DNA from: Callorhinchus milii
Taxonomy: Eukaryota
Length of the DNA stretch: 64,000 nucleotides
Assembly (NCBI RefSeq): GCF_018977255.1
Contig: NW_024704742.1
Span: forward strand, 47,246,001-47,310,000
Direction: 5' to 3'
Below are positions 48,897-61,270 of this stretch, piece after piece (the first letter of the stretch is position 1; every line of letters starts with the position of its first letter). The notes under the pieces were generated by a model, which had not been told where the DNA came from, did not search any database, and saw only the letters and a list, made by a program, of their open reading frames with translations. A program made the translations under genes and the position numbers.

Positions 48897-50824
48897 TGAT
48901 TGACAGCCTTGGAGCAACTTATGAATGGATGGGTCCAGCCATTGATGAGCAGCTCCAGCTGTCAATCAATCACAATTTGACTCCAACCATTCCCCCCCTT
49001 GTTCTTCCTCATCCTCCACCTCTTCAGCGATTGACAGCCCAAATCTACTTGTGAATGGTTGGAATCCACTGTCAATCACAGTTTGATTCCTCCAAAATCA
49101 ATCCCGGAGCAGCTTATGACACAGAAGGTGCAAGTGAGTACCTTTAGTAGTGATCAGGATGGCATTTTGTCCCAATTAACTGGATTGTTGTACAAATTAA
49201 GCAACATATATAAAGCGGGTAAGAATACAAATGAATCCGGGCTGGGCATTTTGTCCAAAAACAGGTTAAAAACAGAGCAATAATACATCTTATCCGCAGA
49301 TTCCAGAATCATGTACTGGCAGGTTGTAATAGACGTCTCTCATAATGCTTGAATAACATGATCAGATGTCAGCAGTCTATTTTCATGCCCATTACACCGG
49401 TGCGTGCTCAGTTCAGTGAGATGCTATTATAGTACAAGCAAAGGATTTGATTTATTTTAGTACTGCAGAAGGAAGTTATTCAGCACCTCTATTTTGTATT
49501 GCTTAATGTAATAATGTGCAGTATACTTATTCACTAAGCTCACAAGACTATTTTTAATGTTTCTCTTTATTGCGTAGTGAAAGATTGAATGCTCTGAATG
49601 CTCACTGGTGCTTCTTGTGCACAATGGGTGGAATGAGAGAAGGCTAACTGGTGTCACGTTGCTCTTATTTTTGTGAAGGCATTCTAACAACTCTGATTGA
49701 AGAAAGTTTACAGGTCATGAATTCTTAGAAACAGTCAGTTAGTTAGTTACAGAGGGGCAAATATTAGTTCCTTTCCCATCTGAAAAGGACAGTTTCTGTA
49801 CCTGCCAGCTCTTAAAAAATGAATTTTTTAATTAATCAATCCTATTCTATGATTCGTCTGAGAAGAATTGTTGCTTTTGAAAAGGTACTGTTTTGACAGG
49901 AGTGATGAACCTTTCATTTTTCAGTAAGTGAATCCAGATGAGTTTGACATCATTGTGGAAAAGGCCTGAAGCTAGTCTCCTCTTAAAGCAAGCCTTCTAT
50001 CTTCCTGTTCTGTATGATGGAAACCTTGCCTCTTCACACTATAATCTCATTCCGATGCAGTGGGCTTTGTTTGTAATATGCCAAGTTCAGTTTACACTTG
50101 TGAACATTCCCTTTCACAGCACAAATATTGAAGTGGCACATATTTTTCAAATATGATGGTTAGAGAGAGGCACATCACTCCATTTTCGAAAAGTTATTCT
50201 TGTTTTTCTGTAATAATTTCACAAAACATATGAATCAAAGTTTCCTTAATCTTTATAAATACTATTTGGGAGAGCGAGAAGAAATGTATGCAGATGACTA
50301 ATAGGTTTAGAAATAGCCCAATAGCACACAACTTACCTAGTTCCTGACATTGTTTTCAGTCTAAAGCTGTTCACGTAATTCCAATACTCCAGTTCTATTT
50401 GGGATATGGCACAGCAATGATGAGTTGCAACTAACCTAGATTCTGATCTCTGTTCAGTAATCCACACACTTTTTTCTTTTCTCTTTTGCTTCTTTAATAA
50501 TGGTTTGTACCAGAAATTCCACCCTGTGTATAAAGCATTTTTAATTTCAAACCTCTTTTTTAAAATAAAATTTGTGACCAGTAATATTCTCGTAAATATT
50601 CATTGCACCTTTTCTATTGCTTTTATATCCTTCAAGCTATGAGGAGAATGTTTACATTGAAACCAGACATGAACATGTACCATTTAGCTGGAAAGTTTAT
50701 TGTGTACGTGTGAAGACTTGCTGTGCTGTGTGATCAGTTTCTGTGCTGACTGGGTCTTACGGAAGTGGGTAACCTCCTGTCACCTTGAAGTGTGACTATC
50801 TATTCTGACCCTCTCGTTTTTCAG

Positions 50825-51370
50825 GTACCTGAAATCATCAGTACGATCCGTCAAGCTGGTAAGATCGCCCGTCAGGAAGAGGCTCAGAGACCGGCCCACG
50901 AGTTGGATGATGCTTTCTCACAGAAGTATGAAGTGCTGTTCTGTGGCAGGGTGACCGTGGCTCACAAGAAGGCTCCGCCAGCCCTGATCGATGAGTGTAT
51001 TGAAAAATTTAACCACCTCCGAACAAGCGACGACAAGGAAAGCAAAGAGTCAGCTGAGCAGAAAGGAACCGGGGGGCTGAGCGCTGGACATTCACTGCTC
51101 TCAAACTCTAAACTGCCTGGGTGCGTGGTACCAACAACAGCCAAGGGAGAAAAGAGCAACAAAGCTGTCACCAAGCTGGGTGGCCAGCATGTACCTTGCA
51201 CTGCACAGTCACAAAGTCTTCTGCAGAGATGGGACTTGTGTGATGGGAGCAGCAACTCAAACTGCAGTGAGCAGGACAGCGGTGGTTCACTGGATCTCTG
51301 GAGACACAGCAGTGCCTCCGACATGGTGCAACCCACAGACATGAAGGCCAATAGGACCATGCTGTTCACG
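50825..51370 (+). CDS. TBC1D1: TBC1D1 coding exon (546 nt, phase 0-0; start of second PTB region)
   Basis: ttttcag|GTA; VPEIISTIRQAGKIARQEE..YEVLFCGRVTVAHKKAPPALIDECIEKF..VQPTDMKANRTMLFT|gtaatg; residues match TBC1D1 better than TBC1D4. Confidence 0.96.
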
Positions 51371-51755
51371 GTAATGTTCATCTGGTTTGTTTATTTTTGC
51401 TTATTATGCTGAATCCTGACCTCAAACAACATGCTAACATCACTTTAGTAGCAAGTCAGCCAACCAGTTCCTTGGTGGAATAATCTCCTCTAGTCTTACT
51501 GTGTGCATTATAAGCCTTTGAGTTTAGATGTTGGCCACATTTTGCATTGATGGTTTATGGGCAGTTAAACTAGAAATATGATTGAGGAAAGTGTAATGCT
51601 TGTACACTTTTGGAAGACTATAGGATGTTTGGTCTAATCATTTTTCCCTTTTACAACTTGGCTGTTTGAGACACGTAAAGAGTTGAGATGAGGCAATGTG
51701 GACTGCTCTTGCTGCCTATCTGGTGGCAGTTGAGGATGTTGCCTATCTGGTGGAC

Positions 51756-52051
51756 GCTAGAGCACTCGCATCACAAGTGAGAGACCTGGGTTCGATTCCC
51801 AGCAGAGAAAAAACCTTGGGCAAGTTTCCTTATTCCGCATGCCTGATCATAATCCCTCAAGAAAAGAAACAATAATAATTTGGTCACCCAATCCACTGAC
51901 TGTTTGTGGGACATTGCTGTGCACAATTGGTTGCTGCATTTCGCCCACAAATATACAGTCAATTCACTTTACAGTGTATTCTGTGAAGCGCTTTGGGACA
52001 TCCTCCCGATGTAAAAAGCGCTATATCAAGTGCAAGGATTATTATTATTAT
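51756..52051 (+). mobile_element. tRNA-SINE, short subfamily
   Basis: agagcactcgc..gggttcgattccc..ccttgggcaagtttcc, shared tail, (ATT)n. Confidence 0.85.
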
Positions 52052-53440
52052 TTGTGAATCAGTCCAATATGGAAACACAGCTAAGTTTTACACTTTTGTT
52101 TGTGATGAAAGTAAAGGCTATGCCTTCTGTGAACAGGCCCCAAAGTGAAGTTCAATCAAAATGACCTCTGTTTGCTTCAAATTGCCATGTGTTTACAGAG
52201 AAATAGATGCATTACATGCAGACCTTTGCGCTTGTGCAGTACAATGGGGAGGGAGCAATGAGATAAAACTATTATCACAGCTGCCTCTTGACTGGAATCT
52301 GTGCTTGCTGCTCCTGTCTGAAAGGGATTCATTGTACCACAGCAGATACATCACTATTTTTGTAGTAGGATAAGCATCCAGCTTTTCAATCTAATTATTG
52401 CCATATGAATAAGTTAATGAGCAAGATCATGCAATTCTATTCTGGGAACTGGGATGATCTCTTACCTGTGGAATCCTTCACATGTCCAGAAGATAATAGT
52501 TCTATTCCTGTCCAGAGAGTGTTGGCTGAGTATGCTAGTCAGTCAAAGGTGGAACGGAGTATATGAATCATTTGAAATCTGAACTGCTGACTTTTTTTCT
52601 GCTCTGTACAGCATTGCGTACAGTCTATTCCTTCAATACTGCATATGTTCCCAGCCACGGATATCAATCTCGTCTAATATACAGTGTACTTTGGTGATCA
52701 CTGAGGTAGTGCCTTAGCCATCGAAGTTGTGGCTGCTGAGATTTTAATGCTTTTTTGCCAAAACAAGATGTTGTGCTATTTTTCCATTTACAAATGCATT
52801 TAATTTACACGAATAGTCTGTTTTTTAAACAAAATGTCAACACTAACTTCAGTACTTAATTAGAGCAGTTTCATTGAGTGAGTCAAAGAAAAAAAATAAA
52901 CCTTTGTGTTTGCTTATTATTGATTTCCAGTGGCACAGATTAGATTACTTTATTGGTTTTATAACAATAATATAAATATAATAATCCTTGCATTTGATGC
53001 AGGAATTTCATATAGCTCCTATAAAACTGTTTCGAAGTGCTTCACAGATAATTTCTGTAAAGCGTAGTGAAATGCTGCAGCCAACTGGTGCACAGAATGA
53101 CCCACGGCGGTGAAGTGAGTGATCAATTTATTTAACCACTTCTCCTAATGCTTTGATTGGTCCAAATTAAATACAACAGGAAGACAAATAAAAGAATGTG
53201 TTTGAAGGGCGAGTTTATGATGTGTTGGGAAATTATAAAAGGCGGAATATTTATTCTGGATAGAATCAACGGTGTACCAATGGCCAATTAGTGTCTGGAG
53301 GACCCTTGATACTTAAGACCGCATAACTTTGAACCAACAATTAAATCTTGAAACTTAGTAATGTGTAAAACCAACTGAATTATCTAATCCTGCTTTCTTG
53401 ACTGAACATCTCGGCATCATTTTTAGTTTCCTCATCCACG

Positions 53441-54287
53441 GTGTCAGCCTGGCTGAGTTTTTAGCATTCTTCTGTTCTGAATCACAAGTTTGTGATTTCA
53501 AGCCCCCATGTCAACTTTGAACTTAATTTTTAGGCTGATACTCTGATACAGTACTTGGGGAACCCTGCTTTGTTGTTGGTGCTGTCCTTCCGATGAGACA
53601 CTAAACCAAGATCTTGTCTGCCTGTACAGGTGGATAATAACAATAATTATCAATATTATTGAAATTGATATGGCGCCTTATCACATCTTCGAGACGTCTC
53701 AAAGCACTTCACAGAGTATACTGTAAACTGAATTGACTATTTTGTGGATGTTAAAGATCCCATCGCACTATTCAAAAAGAGAATTCATTCAATTCATGCC
53801 TGTTTCCACAACAATGCGGTGTCCTAATTGGGACTGGTGCTCGCCTACAAAATACATGCAGCCCTCTAGCTCACTGGTTAGAGCGCTTGCCTCGCAAGCA
53901 AGAGTCCTGGGTTTGATTCCCAGCAGGGGGAATGTTTGGACAGTTTTTCTTACTTCACACGCCTCGGTTTACCTAGCAGTAATAGGAACCCAATTGTTAT
54001 CGATTGGCGGATCGCTTTTTCAGGGGTAATAATTTCTTCAAAAAAATATAATAACTTGCTCACTCAGTCCATGACTGTTTGTGGGACACTGCTGTATGCA
54101 ATTAGCTGCCGCATTTCGCCCACAACATATACAATCAATTCACTTTACAGTATATTTCTGTGAAACCCTTTGAGATGTCTCAAAAACGTGATAAGGCGCT
54201 ACATCAAATGCAAGGATTATTATTATTACACTGCACTGTACAGTAAATCCTGTGAAGCATTTTGTGACAGCCTCCCAATGTGAAAAA
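53441..54287 (+). mobile_element. Deu-type SINE interrupted by two younger SINE insertions (53636-53743 minus tail; ~53860-54228 plus, full length)
   Basis: caggtggat|insert|gtggatgttaaagatccc with GTGGAT on both sides; tail resumes after 54228 (actgtacagtaaatcctgtgaagc). Confidence 0.75.
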
Positions 54288-54861
54288 TCTTGAATATTAA
54301 TTGACAAAAACCTGTCATTTTGGCATTTCGCTAATGCAAGAAATAGTCTCACTTTGTCTTCTCGACCAAATAATTTTTTTCTTTTACTGGGATGTGATTT
54401 AATTGCTCTTGGGAATCTTGCTTATTGATGACCAACAAGCAATGGTTGTACGAAATCTGTGTGCCCTCTAAGTGCACCACAGAATTTGAGTTGTATTGCT
54501 CAGTGTGAATTTGATCGATCCTGCCTGATATCCACATGTGCAACTGTAGCAAGGGTCTCTGAATAGTATTAAGAGCAGGAATCTCAACTGAATTTTCTCA
54601 CCTTCTTTCTCTTTCCAAAACCCAGGACACTAGGGTTAATTGGAACACCACTGTTGCCAGCGAAGGCTGACTCAGCACAGACCAGGGATCGAGCCTTGAA
54701 TTAATAGTCTCTGGCTCAGTTACTCACTGAATAAACATGCTGAGTCATCAAGAGAGCACATGCAGTTTTTCTGAACTTGGGATTTCTTTTGGCAAGAAAT
54801 TAAGCTCTTTAGCGAAATGCCAAAATCACAGGTTTTTGTCAATTAATATTCAAGATTTTTC
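54282..54861. repeat. 53-bp inverted repeat pair (54282-54334 / 54809-54861), 1 mismatch, 474-bp spacer
   Basis: gaaaaatcttgaatattaattgacaaaaacctgt[c/g]attttggcatttcgctaa and its reverse complement. Confidence 0.95.
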
Positions 54862-55115
54862 TAGATTTGATTATGCAAAATAGTCCGTCCAACATGGCAG
54901 TCATTCTAAACTCAAAAGTCTATCCTTAGTCAAAGCCTATTGAATTGAGCTCATCTCTTAATCTAAGCACGGTGGTAGATGTGATGTTGCTGTGCCACAG
55001 TATTGCTGTCAGAGGGAAATAAATTCCCAAATTCATCCCTGCTGTGGTTTTGGAACTGCCACAGCTTCACAAGATGTGTTTTCGTTCTCTCATTTCTATT
55101 TATTTTCCTGTTTAG

Positions 55116-55205
55116 ATTGGTCAGTCGGAAATTTACCTCATAAGTCCTGACACAAAGAAGGTGGCAATTGAGAAAAGCTTCAAAGAAATCTCCTTCTGTT
55201 CTCAG
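55116..55205 (+). CDS. TBC1D1: TBC1D1 coding exon (90 nt, phase 0-0)
   Basis: tttag|[30 protein letters not shown]|gttagt. Confidence 0.96.
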
Positions 55206-55642
55206 GTTAGTATAAAGATACTTTTTGTTGCTTTCCTCACCTACCTCTAAATGCTGAATCCAGGGCCAGAGCCAACATTACTTTATGCTTTTTGTTTTTC
55301 TGAATGTTTTTTGAAACACTCTTATACTATATTGTATTGAATGTGTTTTTGTATAAATATATACAGAATCACAGCTGAGCCAGATCCTCTCCAGACAGCC
55401 ACACACCAATAGTCTTTAATCCGTGATTAGGAGCAGAAACCCTAACTTGTGTTTTCTGGATGTGAAAATGATTTTGATTCCAAGAAGAGCCTGAGATGTC
55501 TTATATCAACATTGGAGAAGTTTATTTTTATACTGTACAAAGTAAGGCAAGGCCTCTTGGATCATTCAAACTGAAGTATTGAGATGGACCTTTATTCAAG
55601 GCACCAAAGGAAGTTTATCATGGTGCGTCTGAAGTTTGTATT

Positions 55643-55946
55643 CAACAACAACAAGATTGCATTTATAGAGCGCCTTTCACATCGGGACAATGTCCCAAGG
55701 CGCTGGACAGTTGGGTCGGGACCCGAGCAGGGGGGGAACTGGGGAGGGAAGGGAGGGAGCGAGGAGGGGGTAGAGAGTCGAGAGGGGAGCTGAAGGCACG
55801 GTTGAAGAGAAAGGTCTTGAGACCGGCCTTGAAGGAGGAAAGGGAGGAGGCGGCGAAGGCACTGGGGAATAGAGTTTCAGAGCTTCGGGGCCGAGAGGCT
55901 GAAAGCCCGGCCATCGATGTTAGGGATGTGGATCAGACCGGAGCCA
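55643..55946 (-). mobile_element. Recent 5'-truncated copy of the intact L2 family
   Basis: [34 protein letters not shown] on the minus strand, (CAA)n tail. Confidence 0.93.
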
Positions 55947-57126
55947 TTCACATGACAAAAGCAGAATAGTTAATTTCAAATCTGTGATAATCGTTAATAA
56001 TTGACCATCGTAATGTAAAACTGACTTAATTAACCATGAAATGTCTCCATGAACGCAGCAACCACAAATTAAATGGCAACTAGTCACGTATTTGACTTCA
56101 GTCAGCAACGCATTTCATTGTCCATATCTGGTTTATTTGATCTCCCGTGAATAAGAATCTAATCAATATGTTCCTTGTGGGCACTCAGCAAGACAATGTG
56201 TGAATGATGTACGTGAAATCTGGTTTTACAAAATATGCTATTGTCCAGTAATGTCACTTGTAGCCTTGGGGTTGTAGTTTGCTTCACAATTAATTGAGCA
56301 CTGGAATTTCCTCTTTATGTTGGGTATAAAATTTCACAATTCAAGAGTCAGTGAAACAATATTCATATGTAGATGATTCATGTTAACTGGCTGTTAACAA
56401 GACTGTGATGTGAATACTGATGATTTGAGGAGCTACTTATTATTGCCTAAATTCATTCTCCTTAGCTTCCAGAGTAATTTTCTGGTCGAAGTTTAAAATA
56501 ATTTGCATCAAATGTATGACTTCAAATATTTGGTACAGTTATGACTGTATGATTATTTATAATGGACAAGCAAAGGGTCATTTGTAGTAATGCATAAATT
56601 ATACCACAAAATTGTAGTCTAAAATCTTGTGAAGGTTTGATTTATGTCCTAGATTGTACAGTAACCTTGCTTCTTCTGTCTGCCCTGTGATCCTGTCATT
56701 AGGTGGACGTCAAAGATCCCATGGCACAATTAAAAGTGTTACTTCCAGTGACCTTGTTAACAATTCCCCAGATTAAATAAGTCATTCATTTCATGGCTGT
56801 TTGTGGAACATTTCTGTGCGCAAATTTGGCTTCCACTGTTGTCTACAAAATACATAGTCACTACACTTTACAGTAAAATCCTGTGAACAACTTTTATTAT
56901 CCAAACCAAACAGAGTTTCATGAATCCCACTAAATGTGGGAATTCCCAGAGTATTGGAATGGAATGCGCACTCGGTCCCTGGAGTTCTCTAGGTCCATTT
57001 CCAATGCTGCGTACCAAGTTTACTCAGCGCCAGCTGCTTAGACGATCATTTCTTTAATAGAAAATTATGACAAACTATACAGGATTAATGTAATCAGTGC
57101 AACTGAATCCTTCCTCCTCTCCACAG

Positions 57127-57231
57127 GGAATTAAGCACGTGGATCACTTTGGATTTATCTGCAGGGAGAATCCAGACACTGGGAGCTGCCATTTTGTCTG
57201 TTATGTGTTCCAATGTACAAATGAGGCCTTG
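57127..57231 (+). CDS. TBC1D1: TBC1D1 coding exon (105 nt, phase 0-0)
   Basis: ccacag|[35 protein letters not shown]|gtaagt. Confidence 0.96.
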
Positions 57232-58886
57232 GTAAGTAAAATGCCAAACAGGATATGTTGAGGCGTCAAGGATAAGCGAAAATTGCCAAATCCAAACAGT
57301 CTAGGAATATCAGTCCCATTGTTTTTCTTTAAATTTTCAAGTACAATTGAAGATTAAACAGCTGGCAATGTTGAGATAGACTACATGACCACATTGAAAA
57401 GGGAATTGAATAGCTATTTAATTGAAAGAATTGCATAGAATTCTTTATTCACTTTGAGTTACTCATGGACCTCATTAGTCTTTTTCAGTCTTGAATGTTG
57501 CGGTGTGATTAAATCCCATTCTGGTGCTGCCCACTGTGGTATTTCAGTGGTGCAACAACATGCATTGCGTGTGATTATAAATAAATTCCTTACAGTCTTG
57601 TACCAGACATTGTTACTACAGGCTGGGTTGTCTGTGTGAGTTATAAGGTCTCCGAGACACTGCCCACGTGAAGAACATGATAAATGCGAGTTGTTGTTGA
57701 TGTATTCTTCAGTATGAAGCTTCACTGTACTTGATTTGTAAAGTGGTTCAGTGGTTAATGAAGTTTAATGGTTCTGCAGCTCTTCCATGTATTCATATTG
57801 AATATTAAACTAGTTATACTGTATACCGGGTCATAAATATAAGTACATGCAAATTGTACACATTTTAGACAATATTATGTTTTAGTTTTGAACCTTTCAC
57901 ATGGCCGGCTTTTAAAGATGTACCCAAAACATTAACTTATTTTTCCAATTTTGCCTTATCTGCTGTGGGTTTCTAACATTCAGTTTTTCTTTGTGCAAAC
58001 AGCTGCACAGTATATGCTGTGGGTTTCAGTCCTGAGGTCATGACAATTGTGGCTAACTGGAAGCAATGAGTTTATGATAAGAGGCTGTTGCAATGTTGTA
58101 ACAATTGAACATTCAAGCGACTTGTTGAAACGGGTTGAGTTTCACAAGTGTGTTAAGGAAGGAAACACCTAGGCTTCTCCAGTATTGTTGTCTGGTAATT
58201 TTCTGTGACCTTCCATTACATTCTGAGGTCTAATTTGCAGTATTTCTTAATTGGAATAGTGTGAGCCTAGCTCAGTGGTAGCACTCTGACCTCTACGTCA
58301 AGGTTGTGGGTTCAAGCCCCATGTCAGCACTTGGAATCACATAGTCTAAGCCACGGTGGTCCAATAGGCCTCCTCCAGGCCGCATCTGTCCCAGTGGATG
58401 ATTTCATCTGCACCAAGACCTGCGTGTGTGTGTCAGGAAGCCTGAGCTGAGGGGAAGGCAAGTGGGTCTTCTTGTCCACCGTTTCCTTACCAACCGCTGC
58501 CTCCTGCCACTGTCAGTGAACCAACCTGCGTGACCCAGAGTGCGGCAAGTATTGTTTAGCTTCTGCAGCTGACATGTGGTCATTCTTGACTGGGGAATGG
58601 TTGATCATGAAAGTCAGCGGCTAGTGTATGGGTGTGTGGGGGGGTGTGTGGCGAGAGGGAAGAAAGAGGCAAATGTTATGTGTCTCAGCAGGGACCTCCG
58701 TCTTCTAATAGTCAAATTAAAAATAGAAATGTGGGCTATTCTGATTTGAAATGTTTTTCTTTCTCCCAGTTACTCGAATCAATGCAAAGTTGCATAGTTT
58801 AGACCTACCCCGCACCCACTGAGGAAGATCTTGGGGGGGTTCTGCTCAGTTTTACATTGAAATCCAACAAACTGTTCTTTTGGCAG

Positions 58887-59013
58887 GTCGATGACATCAT
58901 GCTGACCCTGAGGCAAGCATTCACTGCAGCGGCAATCCATCAAAACGTCAGGATCCAACTATGTGAGAGCTGCCCAATGAACTGCCTTCACAAGCTCTGT
59001 GAAAGGATAGAAG
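58887..59013 (+). CDS. TBC1D1: TBC1D1 coding exon (127 nt, phase 0-1)
   Basis: ggcag|[43 protein letters not shown]|gtaagg. Confidence 0.96.
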
Positions 59014-59117
59014 GTAAGGATTAAAAGCCAGCTCTGTTTTACATTTGTCGTCCTGACATGAACATAGGACAGGCGGTACATCTTCATCCAAACTGATCTT
59101 GATTACTAAATGAGGAT

Positions 59118-59285
59118 GATAATAATAATAATACTAATCCTTGCATTTGATACAGCACCTTATCACGTTTGCGGGATGTCTCAAAGCGTTTTACAGAATA
59201 TACTGTAAAGTGGAGTGACTGTATAGCTTGTGCGCAAAACGCGGCAGCCAATGTCGCACAAACAGTCGTGGGTTAAGTGATCAAG
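59118..59285 (-). mobile_element. SINE 3' half
   Basis: aataataat..ccttgcatttgatacagcaccttatcacg..tactgtaaagtgg..gcggcagccaa. Confidence 0.75.
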
Positions 59286-59723
59286 TTATTGTGATTTTAA
59301 TGTACAATATACACCCTGCAGCCTCCTGTGAATCAACTACAACATCGAACTTTGGTTATCTCTCATGCTTTCCCTCCCATTCCACCCCCAAAAAAGTTGA
59401 AGTTGGATCTGCCTGATTGAACACATTTGCAATACAGATGGATTTAATCTGTGGATACAGGAGATTTTTGATGAGTTGGGCTGTATCGGGGTAACTGTCA
59501 GTAGGAAAAAAAAATGGGTCTCAATGTTGAGTTTGCTGTAACTGGAGGGATCGTAATAACTAGAGATCATTATACAGATGCTGCAGAGTGACTAATGATG
59601 CCTCAATCCTTTTTATACCCCCCTTCACCCCACAAACTAATTCATTTGTAAATCGAAGTTGAATTAAGTTCAGACAATGTACTTCCATCTGTTAAGTACT
59701 CCTTCTTTTTCTCGTTTCACAAG

Positions 59724-59815
59724 GTTTCTCCCCTTCAAAGGCAAAATTGGAAATTCAGAAACATTTGTCAACTTTTAGCAACCCGGATCAAGCCTCAATA
59801 TTCGAAGATGTTCAG
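59724..59815 (+). CDS. TBC1D1: TBC1D1 coding exon (92 nt, phase 1-0)
   Basis: cacaag|(G)FSPSKAKLEIQKHLSTFSNPDQASIFEDVQ|gtaacg. Confidence 0.95.
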
Positions 59816-61129
59816 GTAACGAAATAAAAGCTTTTAGACCAAAGTAATAGAATTTTGGTCAAATTAGTCCTTGTTAAGATGAAGAGAGGCAGTATGCAAA
59901 TTATGATTTTACTTCTTATAACCGGAATTTCAATCAGTAAACTACAAGTGTAGTCGAAACTATAGTTCTAACAATAAAAAACAAAATTAGTATACGCTGC
60001 TTTGTCACCTTAGGCATTTTTCATTGTAGCCAAGCAGGAGACTGTTCAGAGCCTACAAAAAGGAAAAATTCACTTTCTGTTCAAGGCCCATTTTTGGTAA
60101 CAATTAATCGGGAGTGATGGAAGAGCTCTCAACTTGAATTTGGTTCACAACTGGACCTCATTTGCCATATTTACAAACTGGTGTCAAAGTACTTATTGCG
60201 ACTTCCATTTGTGAATATTGAAAGCTGTCTAATCTTAGTGAATTGTGATTTCAGAAAGGTGCAGAGAGGAAACAATCTCACTAAATAGATAGGTTTCAAT
60301 ATTCACAACTAGAAGACACAATTAGTGTTAGAATCCAGTTTGTGAAAATTACTAATTAGGCACGGATAGGTATAATTCATTCAATATTCTCATATCTTTG
60401 GATTTTGCATTTTTTTTTAAATATTGTGCATGTTCAAACTCTGAAGACATTAGTTTGTTTTCTGTCTTGAAGTTGGAAAAACATAAAATGCCTTTCAAGG
60501 GTAGGATAAGTGATTTTAGTAGGATGTGAAATTGTATTGCTTGACTTAAAAATGTGTTCAGTTTTTATTCACAAAGAACCAATTGATACATTGCCTAACT
60601 TTCCGACTGCTTTTAAGTCACGGTTTTTCATCTGCAGTAAATACTATAGTTAGATTTCAGGCTTCTCTGGTATTTGTATGCAGGTTTACATAAGTCAAAT
60701 GTGAATTGGTAAAAAGGACAAATAGTGCAGAGTCTTTCAATCTTAATCTAAGATTTAAAATTGCTGTCCTTTGTGTATTTGACCAACCAATAAAAAAATG
60801 TTTTAATGTCCAGTATTGGGTAGGGACAGATATGTGGGCAATCATACTGTAAGCTACACAGTTTGATTTGCATCAAGCAAGAGAATAATATAGTGTACAA
60901 AATTACATTTGTATAGTGCCTTTCAGATCGGGAGGATGTCCCAATTAATCTAGTTTGTATTAACAATTCTGATCACAAACTCAAAATATGAACTGTCCAA
61001 TCAGGTCAAATACCACCTTTCCATGTTAGTCACGTATTGGTGCTTGTAATTTGTTTCAGGATTGTTTCCTTCCAAATACAGTATTTGGCCATAGGTTGAC
61101 AAAACAAATCATTCCTTATAAAATATTTA

Positions 61130-61270
61130 GAAAGATCGACTGTGCCTTTGGTGACCCTCCAACCCCTACCCTTCCTGTACTCCACCCTTCCTGATCCGAA
61201 TCCTGATTGTCCATGTCTTGGGAAATCTTACCTGACGTAAAAGGCGCTATACAAACAGTTGTTGTTGTTG
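61130..61270 (+). mobile_element. L2 3' tail
   Basis: cgactgtgcctttgg..gacgtaaaaggcgctatac..gttgttgttg. Confidence 0.7.

Noticed and set aside
50792..51412. 206-aa single-exon ORF as listed in the track
   Set aside because: Both ends are intronic; homology and splice sites restrict the exon to 50825-51370.
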